A DNA stretch of 64,000 bases from Felis catus (Eukaryota): contig NC_058383.1 of NCBI RefSeq assembly GCF_018350175.1, positions 39,060,001 to 39,124,000 on the forward strand. The letters run 5' to 3'. Position numbers and translations under genes: made by a program. This document shows, in pieces, positions 13,501-23,660 of this stretch. The notes under the pieces were generated by a model. It was not told the origin of the DNA, made no database searches, and saw nothing but the letters and a program-made list of their open reading frames with translations. Each line of letters begins with the position of its first letter. Within the stretch, counting starts at the first letter, position 1.

Positions 13501-14447
13501 TCCTCGAAGAACAGCTTCTCCGGGTCCAGAATGCGGCCTCCGCGCACCCACAGATCCTCCCTGCGGCCAGAGCCGGACGGAAGCTAGGATGGCCGGTCCC
13601 TGGGCCCACCAGAACGGTGCCTGAGCCCGCATCCCGACCCCGCACCCGGCTCGGCTCCGGGCCCCACTCCAGCACCGCGCGACCCCTCACCCCGCGCCCC
13701 CACTTCAGCAGCTCCCGCACCCTGTGCCCCACCCGGCCCCGGGCCCCACTCCAGCAGCTCCCGATCCCCCGGCCCCGCGCCCCACCCGGCCCCGACGCTC
13801 ACTCCAGCACCTCGAACCCCGCGCCCCGCCGGCCCCGGGCCCCACTCCAGCAGTGCCCGGCCCCGCGCCCTGCCACCCATCCCAGCAGCTCCCGCTCCCG
13901 CATCCCGCGCCCCACTCCGGCAGTGCCCGGCCCCGCATCCCGCGCCCCACTCCACAACTGCCCGGCCCCGCACCCCGCCGGCCCCGCACCCCGTCCAGCA
14001 GCTCCCGCACCCCGCGCCCCACCCGGCCCCCGGGCCCCAATCCAGCAGCTCCCGACTCCGCATCCCGCGCCCCACCAGCCCTGGGCCCCACTCCAGCAGT
14101 GCCCGGCCTCGAGTCCTGCGCCCCATCCCAGCACTCCCGATCCCGCGCCCCACCGGCCCCACGCTCCACTCCAGCAGTGCCCGGCTTCGCGCCCTGCGCC
14201 CCACTCCAGCAGTGCCCGGCCCGCCGGCTCCGCACCCCATCTAGCAGCTCCCGTCCCCGCACCCCACGCGGCCCCGGGCCCCAATCCAGCAGCTGCCGGC
14301 TCCGCACCCCGCGCCCCGCCCGGCTCCCGGGCCCACCCCCGCAGCGCCTGACCCCGCACCCCACCTGAGCAGCGCCCGCCCTCGCAGGATGCGGCAGTTG
14401 GTGAACTGGAGCACCGGGGCCCGCCCCTCGCCCTGTGCGTCGCGCAT
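4554..14447 (-). CDS. AMDHD2: N-acetylglucosamine-6-phosphate deacetylase, 409 aa, 11 coding exons
   Basis: Exons 14447-14365, 13560-13424, 13344-13205, 7362-7308, 7134-6922, 6840-6752, 6653-6509, 6434-6327, 6166-6098, 5096-4995 and 4642-4554; all GT-AG; total 1230 nt. NagA motifs [33 protein letters not shown] and TLSGS are present. Confidence 0.97.
6019..6074. repeat. Alternating purine-pyrimidine (CA/CG)n microsatellite in AMDHD2 intron 9
   Basis: acacatatgtgcacacgcgcgcacgcgcgcacacacgcgcgcgcacacacacacac. Confidence 0.85.
8483..8690 (+). mobile_element. Can-SINE
   Basis: Head 'gggacgcccgggtggctcggtcggttaagc', (CT)n tract, A-rich tail. Confidence 0.85.
8750..9250 (+). mobile_element. Old LINE (L1M/HAL1-like ORF1 region) fragment in AMDHD2 intron 3
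   Basis: 'gacttctcaccagcaaccctggaa...caatacagcaacgcctttaagaattcc' resembles the L1 ORF1 C-terminal coding region; A-rich strand bias. Confidence 0.5.
9906..10096 (+). mobile_element. Can-SINE
   Basis: Head 'ggggcgcctggatggtgcagtcggttaagcgtcc' and polyA tail. Confidence 0.85.
11137..11340 (+). mobile_element. Can-SINE
   Basis: SINE head and body 'ctcaggtcacgatctcacggcttgtgaggttgagccc', (CT)n tract, A tail. Confidence 0.85.
11623..11838 (+). mobile_element. Can-SINE (feliform type)
   Basis: 'gcgtccgacttcggctcaggtcacgatctc...gggctctgtgctgaca', polyA tail, TSD-like agaagg.taaaa. Confidence 0.88.
13620..14350. repeat. GC-rich minisatellite/VNTR filling AMDHD2 intron 1
   Basis: About 20 degenerate copies of the core 'cccactccagcag(t/c)(g/t)cccg' with ccccgc/ccggcccc spacers, period ~30-45 bp. 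Confidence 0.9.
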
Positions 14448-14559
14448 CGTGAGCCACCGGAGCCCCACCGAGCGGGCGCCGCCCGGAGCCCCGCAGCCGA
14501 AGCCCGCTCTCCCGCTCTCCGCGCGCTCGGCCGACTGCGGGCCGCCGGGCTCCGGCCGC

Positions 14560-14635
14560 AGCCACGTGACCCTCAGCTGACTGAGGCGTGCCACGTGACC
14601 GGCCGGTCCACGTGATAGGGGCGCCCACGTGACCG
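14560..14635. promoter_or_regulatory. AMDHD2 promoter: cluster of four CACGTGA E-box/CLEAR-like motifs
   Basis: CACGTG at 14563, 14592, 14609 and 14626, each followed by A; 115-185 nt upstream of the ATG; GC boxes at ~14670. Confidence 0.75.
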
Positions 14636-14741
14636 GCACGCCCCTGGGCCGGCAGGGCCGCCGCGGCCGCCCCCGCCCCGCCCCCGCCGGGCCCGGGCCC
14701 ACACAAGCGGTCCACACAGGCGTCCAGTCACAACCGAGAAC

Positions 14742-14747
14742 TTTATT
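14742..14747 (-). terminator. ATP6V0C polyadenylation signal AATAAA
   Basis: tttatt on the plus strand ~505 nt after the ATP6V0C stop, followed on the minus strand by GU-rich ttgtgactgg...ctgtgtgg. Confidence 0.8.
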
Positions 14748-15251
14748 GGACACGGCTCGGCTCCAGGACCTCGCAGGCCCAGCACACTGGCCCGCGGCCC
14801 CCGACAGCCAGGGCTGGAGGAGGGTGGTTCGATCCAAAGAGTCTCGGAGCAAACGGCAACCCCACAACGCAACACTCGACCTAAGATTACTATATAGTTG
14901 GGGACGGAGGGCTGCTCCACAGACGTATGAACAGATCAAATCTTTATAAATAAGAAACATCCAGTGAAGAGAAAATGACAACTCTAATTCACCCTTCTAC
15001 AGAGCGCTCTAGGGCAGATGAGTGGGGGCGGCCGGAGGCCCGGATGGGTAAGGAGTGGGCCCGGATGTCCACGGCACGGGGCGGGGCGGGGGCGAGGCCG
15101 GGGTAGCAGACAACGGGCACTAGGACACTGCGCATTTACAAGACCGACTACTGGGGGGGCGGCGGCCCCGTGCGTGTGTGTCAGGCTGTTCATTTCGGAA
15201 TGAGGGGTGGTCTTTACATCGTGTTCTGTGGCTGGTGCGCTCGGAGAGGGG

Positions 15252-18200
15252 CTACTTTGTGGAGAGGATAAGGGCAACGATGAGACCGTAGAGGCCGAGC
15301 ACCTCGGCGAAGATGAGGATCAGGATCATGCCCACGAATAGCCGGGGCTGCTGGGCAGTGCCACGCACACCAGCGTCCCCCACGATGCCAATGGCAAAGC
15401 CAGCTGCCAGCCCGCTGAGGCCCACGCTCAGGCCAGCACCCAGTTGGAGGAAACTCCTGGGGGAGAGAAGACACCGGATAGACGTCAGCCACCTGCCAGG
15501 GGAAGCAAGTCACCAGCCCGACGCCCCCTCCCCAGCCCTCCCAGCCCCGTGCAGTGGCCTCGCCCGAGGCAGGACATGACCTATGGGGAGGGGCCCGGCA
15601 CTCACCTGTAGAGAGTGATGCCATCATTCAGGGAATTAGCGATGAGGACGGCCACCACCAGCCCGTAGATGGCGATGATACCAGCCATGACCACTGGGAT
15701 GATGGACTTCATGATCAGTTCTGGCCGCATGACAGACATGGCCGCGATGCCAGTGCCACTCTTGGCTGTACCGTAGGCGGCACCCAGGGCTGTGGGGAGG
15801 GGGCAGGAAAGGCAAGGTGAGCTCAGAGCACCTGGGGCCAGGACCCTGGGGGTAGTAGCTGTGGCACAGCCGAGAGACGCCGTAAGTTATCACCGACAAG
15901 GTGAGATGAAGCTGGCACCCAGCTCAGGGCAGGAGGTGGCCCTCGGGGGCAAGAGCTACAGCTGGGCATGCAGGGAGCTCAGGCAGCTGTCTCCTTCCTC
16001 CAACAGAGGCCCTTAACGGCAGTCCCGCCTATCTGGGCTCCTGCTCCGCTGTCTAACCTTGGCCCCAACGTCCCAGAGACCCCAGTACAGCTGCCCACGG
16101 CCTAAAAGGTGGAGCTCTGACAGGCCCAGCAGAGGAGCCCAGTCACATGGAGAGACAGCTGAGGGCATCCTCAGGCACACAGCAGGACTAGGCTCTCAAG
16201 TCTGGAAAGAATCCTCTCTGCCATCACCCAGGTGGACCATGAGGCCTTGACAGACCTCCCAGAAGCACGCCTGCATGCACAGAGGCCTTGGGCTCACAGA
16301 AGCCTAGATTTCCACCCCCCCCAAGACCTCCAGCAACGAGGCGTGGGGGAACGGGAGGACGTCCGGTCTCCTCTGATGGTACTCCGCCTCGCTCTTGCCA
16401 GGGTGTGCTGCCTTCCTCCAATCTCCCTTCTCCTGGCCTCCACGCATGGAGTAACTTTTGCACAGAATAGAGCCACAGCGGGCCCAGGTGGCTCTTCTGA
16501 CTCCCGCCCTCCAAGGTCTTGCTGCACCGCTTGAGCAAAGGATAACATGGCTCATGGGTTTCAGAAAAGACGTGGACACTCCTGACCATCCCTCTGCATG
16601 TTTTATTCACCTATTTGGGCCACAAAAAATGCTTCCTCTCTGTGCTCATCACCGAGCAGGGAGGAAGTCAGAGGAGCTCTGGCTTCCCGGGGCTCCAAGC
16701 CCGGTGAGGAAACACACATGGCCGCTCCAAGCACAGCAACACGTTCTAGAAGAGTGGGGAGGCCCGTGGGAGTGGGGGAAGGGCTCCATAGAGAAAGTGA
16801 CGTTTGAGGAAGAGGCTTGAGTGAGCAAAAATGATTGCAGACAGCACGCACAAATGGAAACGTCCCCCAACGAGGCATCACACTGGGAGCTAGCAGAAAG
16901 AGAAAAGAAGTAGGGGTGGGAGCAGAAGGATTTCCACTCCAACACGCCTAGACACTCGGCACCTTTAACCTGGGGCTCAGGGCTGGTCTTCAGGCAGCTC
17001 TTCCGGGAACTCTCCTGGTTGCAGTGCATTCTGGGGGCTGCTACTGCAGGCCCCGCACCACATCGGGCTACGTCAAGTGCATGCAAGGAGCCAGTGCCAT
17101 GGTTTGTCACTCAAGCGGGAGAGCACAGGTGATGAGTGTCACTGAGTAAGGCACCGATTACTGGGAAGTTAGCATCCCAGGTAGCAGGACACGGCCAGAG
17201 GTGGAAAGTGAGCGGGGCCCTTCTCCAGAAGGCAGCAGGGAGATCGTGTGGCTGAGGGTGGGGCCGCCACGACAGGAACAAAGGGAAGAAACAGGGCTGA
17301 CCATCAGGATGGAAAAGCAGCCTGGCCTGGGCAGCAGCAGGTGTCCCGGAAAACCCTGGATGCCAGCTCTGGAGGCCAAGCCTCACCAGGTCCCAGATCG
17401 AGCAGGGAACAGAAAGAGTGCAATCAGGAGGCAGTTCCAAGAACAAAGCACCAAACGCAGGGTGCCTGCCAGCCGGGAGGAAGTCAGAGATTACGGTAAA
17501 GGAGCAACTGACAAACTTGTGGAAGACCTGATGAAGAAAGAGTTGACAGGACTTCTGTCACAAGAAAAAAGGGGAAGCAGGAAGGAGATCAGGCCCCACA
17601 GGAGCAGGCAGCACCAATCCTCAGGGGCCTGGGGCAACAAAAAAGCCCTAGACCAGTGATACCCTGTTCTCAGTAGCTTCCAGAGACCTGCTTTCTGATC
17701 AGGCTCCATCTGAAAGTATCAAGTTAAGTTCCAGAAAAGGAAGAGATGTACCTGATGACTAGAGCAGGCCAGGAGCTGGGTACAGAAAAAGGGCCCAAGG
17801 GGCAAACTCAGGGCTTCGGGAACAAGCAATGACAGCCAGAATTCAAGGAATTCTGGGGCAGGAATGTCTTGTTTTGTTCACTGATGTTCCCCTGTGCCTG
17901 GCACACAGTAGGAGCTCACTCGACATTTGCTGAATGAAAGAATGACAGCCATAGGTAACAACGCACACATGGCCAGGCACAGTAGGATCTCAAGAACTGT
18001 GGAGGCAAAGAGCAGAAAAGGGGTGGGGGGTTACAGCAGCCTGTCCGTCCGGAAGTGCTGGAAAGCAGACAGCCCCTTAAGATGTGGAAAGAGCAGAGTT
18101 AGCTGGGAGAGAAGGGGAAGTCCAGACCACTTCTCCCACCACAAATGACCCCTTATGTGCACGTGATGGGAAGGGCAGGGTAGGGCTCACTCAGCAACTC

Positions 18201-19583
18201 ATGACTGGCAGACAGGCCCAGGCAGAGGGCGGCCCTCAAGACAGCAGAGTCCCCAAGCCCCCACCTCACAAGTGTTTACAGACAGCACAGGCTGTTTGGA
18301 GTTCAAACCCGCCACATACTTGCACAGGGAGCCTCCCCAGCCCACCAGGTAGGGTGGGGCAGGGCGGGGTCATCCAAACCAAAAACCAGACCTACCTAAG
18401 GAGGCCCAGAGGAGACCAGGCCAGACCAGTCTACAGGCTTGCAGCAGACTAGGACTCACCTTCCTGGGTCCCACATTCTTGGGCCTGACCCACGTGCCTT
18501 TCTCTCAGGTAGACCAGTTTTCACCGAATTCAACACCCATTACCGTCAAGACCTAACTTCAAAAGCAGGGTGCCATCAAGAACCTGGAAGGCCCCTTCTC
18601 TTTGCCTAGGGGAGCCCTCCCAATTTCGGACCTGGGAAAAGGGAAGTCATTCATTCATTCATTCATTCAGGCCTAAACGAGACGACTCCCTCCTAAGGAC
18701 AAAGACCCAATAGGACACTCTATGCCACTCTCTCATTCACCCAGAAGTAGACCCCCGACAAGCGTGCACACACATAGCACTGATGCTGGCCTGCTTCCCA
18801 AACACCCGTCCTTCGCCCTTAGCCTGTCCAGACCCCTGCCCCAAACCACACAATCCTAGCCCTGGGCTCCTGCCAGCTGTCAGGACCAACCCCTCTGCCC
18901 CATTTTCCCAAACAACCCACACATCCCACAGGGCTACGGGGAAACAGTGACAGGCCGTAACCGGAAGCACCTGCCTCTGGGTACAGACCCACCTGACCCC
19001 CGTCGGGGGCGGGCCGCCACAAGGGCGAGAGGTGTGTACCAAGGAGGGGAGCGCCAGGGCCTCATCCCCCGACACCCCAGCCGAACAGGGGGAGCTTCCC
19101 GAGGTGTGATGTCACACCTGCCCGCAGGATGGCGGTGGGGGGTGCGGAGCAGGCGCAGGACCGCGCGCCCCCACCCCAGCCTCCCTCCCGCCTCTCCTAG
19201 GGCTAAGATGGCAGCGGCGCCGCCGCCCCACCCCCGCACCTACACTGACGGCGGCAGGGCTGCCGGCCCAGGATCCCCGGGAGACCCGTGAGACCCGCAC
19301 CCCCGCCCAGCCCGCAGGCCCTGCGACTCGCAGCCCTCGGGGCCCCGACCCCCGCCCGCGGTCACGTGAGGCTGGGGACCCCCCCCAACAGCTCGGAATT
19401 ACGTCAGCGTGACGTCACACCAAGAACCCTAGGGCGACGCGGGCATAAGCTCCGCGAGTCCCGGCGCCCCCAGCCTCCCGAGTCCCTCCTGCCTCGGCGC
19501 TCACCGCTGAAGACCATGGCGGCCGAGGCGCCCATGACCGCGAAAAAGGAGGCGTACTCGGGGCCGCTCTTGGCCTCGGACAT
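15252..19583 (-). CDS. ATP6V0C: V-type proton ATPase 16 kDa proteolipid subunit c, 155 aa, 3 exons
   Basis: Exons 19583-19505, 15789-15606 and 15456-15252 (468 nt). Protein reads [38 protein letters not shown]...[21 protein letters not shown] and includes the proton-carrying Glu. Confidence 0.98.
17850..17945 (+). mobile_element. L2 LINE 3' end fragment
   Basis: 'ggcaggaatgtcttgttttgttcactg...gtgcctggcacacagtaggagctca...atttgctgaatgaa' is a typical L2 terminus. Confidence 0.65.
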
Positions 19584-20230
19584 GTCTGCGGGTGGGGAGA
19601 GGGCGAGTTCAGCGGGCCAAGACGGGGGCGAGGACGGGCCGGGCACGGCAAGCGAGCGCAAGGAGAGCAGTCAGGCGGCTGCGAAGGCGACCCGGCCCGT
19701 CAGCGGCTGCGCTCTAAATACCAGCACCGCAGAACAAAATGGCGGCCGCAGCCGTGTCACATGACCCGGGCTCCGCCCCTTCGGGCTATACCACTTCGTG
19801 CAGGCGGGGGGCGCCACGGCTTGGTACGCCCTAGCGGCCCTCTGACTGCTCCTGCACCGTGCCGCCGTCCAAGCGACCCGGACTCAGGCGTTCTGCCCCA
19901 CGTCGGCCTCCGCGGACGCGGAGCCGGGCGCTGGCAGCTTCTCGCACCCCTTGGCGTTGGGCCCGTCCGGCTCCCGGGCGGGGGCGGGGCGGTGGCCCTC
20001 GTATTAGCATATGGGGCGGGGCGTGGGGTGCCCCGCCTCCTCTGCGGCTGCGAGGCGCCAGCTGGTGCGGCTTTCCTTTACGTTCGCCGAGTGGATTCGG
20101 CGGCGAGGTTCTCGCGGCCTTTCTCCGGGCACCCGGGACCGAGGTCTCCCCGGGAAGTCTTCATACTTCAGACGGAGTATGAACAGACGGAGCCGAAATC
20201 CCGAGGCCTGGGCGTCGTCCTTTTCTTCTG
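18990..20230. promoter_or_regulatory. ATP6V0C CpG-island promoter with YY1, CLEAR/M-box and CRE motifs
   Basis: AAAATGGCGG (YY1) at ~19737; GTCACATGAC at 19756-19765; GTCACGTGA at 19361; TTACGTCA and TGACGTCA at 19399-19417; GC boxes. Confidence 0.75.
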
Positions 20231-22539
20231 CTCCGGTCCCCAGGAAAGCCCCTACCCCACCTGTGAACTCCTGGCCTCTCTTCGCAGCCCTCCTGTGCCC
20301 CCAGGTCGCCCCACCCCGACCATGTCCCCAGTCTCCTCCAGACACAGACCTACCGGCCCCCGTCCCAGCTATTGGTGACTTCTCTCCTGGCTTCTGAGGA
20401 AAAAGAGCCCCCTTCCTGGCATCTGTCCCCTCCTTTGCATCAGGGACCCACCCTTCAGTTGGGGGGCTGTCTCTACCCCCTCAAGATGTAAGCCTGGCTG
20501 GTTTGAAACCCTATCAGTGCTGCGACCTGTGGATGATTCCCCAGATTTCTGCATATTCTGGGATCCATTTCCTCCAGCCTGTCCTCACGCAAAGCTGACA
20601 CCTGCAGGGCTGCATTTATTTCTGGAACAACAGCCAAGTGGTTCCTTCCCATTCTACCCGGCAGCTTGGCCTGGGGTTGGAACTGTCCTGCTGATCCCAT
20701 GAGGGGTTATCGGCACCCCGACTGGCCGCCTTATCTCTCCCCACCAGCTGTGGTTCCCTTTGCCCTCTTCTTCCTTGCCTTTCAGAACTACCTGGTCCTT
20801 GGTCTTCCTTGAGCTCCTGGCCCTGGTCCCAGCACTAAAGGGTTCTCCCTGGAAGTCCTGGGTGGCAGCCTTCTCCATGTGGGCAGTGTGGGGTCAGCAC
20901 CTCTGCCCACCACCCCACCGGACTCAGCTCCACCTTCCACAACAGCTTCCCTCGTGGCCCCTTCCCATTGGCAAGACTGGGTCCTCCACCATGCCAACTG
21001 GCAGCCTGCAGATGTGTCTGGTCTGTCCTGTTTCAAAAGGGAGGAGGCTGCCGTATCCCCGGAGGCCTCTCCACCTTCCTCCGCCACCCTCTTCCCAGAC
21101 TCTGACTTCTGCAAAGAGAAATCTTCACTCGATGTCTCCACTTCACCCACCCTCCCTCCCAACCCCTTGCCTTTGCCAAGGTCACCTGGGACTTGCCGTT
21201 TCTCTAAGCTGAGAGGCGTTTGTCAGGCTGTATGGGGGGGCCTCTTTGCTGCATGGCCCGCTGCCCACTCCACCACACCCCTCCTCTCTCTCCAGCTCAC
21301 CTCCTACAGCCCGACGCCCTCATTCCTTCTTCCTGGGGTCACAAGGAGGACCGAGGACAGGCCCAGGCCCCGCAGCAGCCTGGCGTCCCTGCAGGTGTCT
21401 GGTGAGCCCAGGGTTCCCGCCACCCGCCCTACCCCTAGGCGGTCACTTCCAGCATCTCGCACCGTTCTGTCCCAGCCCTGATGGCGCCCAAGTGCCTGCC
21501 ACAGGCCTGCCCCTCACAGCTGCAGGCATTTAGGGTGCAGGGCAGGGAGCCAGTGCTGGTTGGGGGAGTGTGCAGGGGGAGACTTCAGACCAGAATTCCT
21601 CCGCCAGGAAACCACACAAACACCCAGAGGTGGGCAAAACACGCCCCCCGCCGCCCCCCCGTGGCTGAAATCCTAAGACCCAGGGTGACAGTTCCCTCCT
21701 TGGGCTCAGGGAGTATGTCATCGACGCTCACTGTCATCTCATTTTCTGCGCAGGGTGAGGGGGTCACACCAGGTCTCTGGGGGGGGGGACTGCTGACACC
21801 TCCAGCCAGCATGTCTCAAAGTGAGCTCTCCCCACCCCCACCTGCTTCCACTCTGTTATTTCCATTTCGGGCAAAAGACGCTCAAACCCGCAGCCTTGAG
21901 TCACTCCACTGCTCACTCTTCGTTACTCACCGAGCCCTGAGCTGCTGCTGCTTCCTGGCCGCTAGCTCTGCCCTGCCACCCTCCCCCCCCCCCCCCCCCC
22001 ACCGCACTGCCCTCAGATCGGGCCTTCCCTCCTGGCCTGGGTCTCCTCACAGCCTCTAACCGGGTCCACCTGCTCAGTCTTAGCCTCCCTCCCCGCAGTG
22101 CATTCTTCATCCTGAAGCCGCAGGATCTTTCTAACTGGCACACCTGACCAGTCTCTCCATTCCTGGAATCCTTCCTGTCGCAGGCTGGAGCCTTTGGCGG
22201 TCCCCTCCCTCTTATCACCAGCTCCAACCGCCCCCCCCCCAATCTCATCCCAACATGCTGCTCCTTCCTCCCCTGTGCCCTGAGCCTGTATCCCTCTCTG
22301 CACCAACTACTCTCCTTCCCTTCTTGCATAAGGAGTGCTACTCGGATCTTTAAAACACCACCTCCTCCAGGAAGCCCTCCTGATCTCTCTTCCTTCCTTC
22401 TCAGACCCTTTCTTCATCCCTCACACTCCATCGTTATTTTTTTTTTTTCACTCACTACCTCCTCTACTGAGGGTCGCTGTGCCTCTTTTTCTGTATCTCT
22501 GATCCCTGGTAGGGTCTCTGGCACATAAAGCTAATGTTT

Positions 22540-22730
22540 AGTGGTCACCAAGTGTGTGCCACGGCTGTCCTGAGCCTTTTTAGGGTATTATATAATCCTC
22601 ATAAAGACCTTTTGAGGAAGATGCCACCATGACTCTCATTTTGTGGACAAGGAAACGGGCCTAGGAAGGTCAAACTTCTTGCCCTGGTCAGCCTGCTAGA
22701 GAGGAGTGGAAGTGAAACCCCAACTCCTGG
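22540..22730 (-). mobile_element. MIR SINE remnant
   Basis: Degenerate MIR core 'taatcctcata..gacc.tttgagg...ctcattttgtggacaaggaaac.ggc'. Confidence 0.5.
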
Positions 22731-23579
22731 CTGGGCCGAGCTGGTGTGGCTTTCCTCCTCCTCTCGTCTCCTCACAGGGGCTCAGGGAGCATCCAGTGAT
22801 CAGTGAGAAGGCCAGAAGGGACCCAGGGCACTTTCCCTTTGGCCTCTGAGCACCGGGCAGGTGCTCGGGGCTGTGTGGTGTGTGACCAGGGACACACGTC
22901 CCTGCCTTCCCCCTCACAGCTAGGTCCCCAGCTTGAAATCACAGCATTGTTAGCCCCTGGCCTGTCATTGCACAGTGGGGATTTTCAGAAATAAAGGGCG
23001 GGCTTTGGGGAACTCAAGCCAGAAATCCCAATAGGGAGAGATTTAGATAGATGGGGTGGGGGTCGGGAGTGTCCTGCGCCCCCGAGGATTCTAATGAGGA
23101 TAAAAGGACCCACGGTCCCCACCAAAAGATGGTGGGAGAGGGAAGTCCAAGGGGACTCGACAGAACCCTGAGGGAGGGGAGGGGGACAGGTGGGGAGATA
23201 AAGACCAGGGATAAATTTCCAAATGATGGGAAAGATGAACTTATCCCAAGGAAGCAATTTCAACAAAGAAAGAAGTGAGTCTGGAGACGGTGGCAGCAGC
23301 CTTATCAAGAACGTGAGGAAACTGCAGACAACGAAGCCTGTCACACAGCGTGCCTTCTCCCTGGGGACAGTGCCATTCTTCCGAGTCACAGTGACCACAT
23401 GGCAAAGGCACAGCGCTAAGAGATGTGGCACCCTCCTCTCTTGGCTCGGCTGGACAAGAGCTCCATGTGGCCCAGGCGAGACAGGGGTGAGGTGAAATGG
23501 GACCGCAGTAGTTCCACGGGAGGGGAATGAGCAAAGGCCATTTTTCTTCTATGACTGAAAAAAATTAGGGCTTCTTTTT

Positions 23580-23660
23580 GGGGCAGTGGGGCACACAACT
23601 CTTGATCTCTGCATCATGAGTTCGAGCCCCACGCTGGGTGTAGAGCTTACTTTTAAAAAA
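23580..23660 (+). mobile_element. Short Can-SINE
   Basis: 'caactcttgatctc...catgagttcgagccccacgctgggtgtagagcttact' followed by an A tract. Confidence 0.7.

Noticed and set aside
13584-14715. Several 186-336 aa overlapping ORFs; the array looks superficially CRISPR-like
   Set aside because: These are products of a stop-poor GC minisatellite. The context is eukaryotic, with degenerate repeats, no unique spacers and no cas genes.
17201-17659. 152-aa plus-strand ORF with a helical-looking segment ([12 protein letters not shown]) in ATP6V0C intron 1
   Set aside because: No recognisable homology and no gene-structure support.
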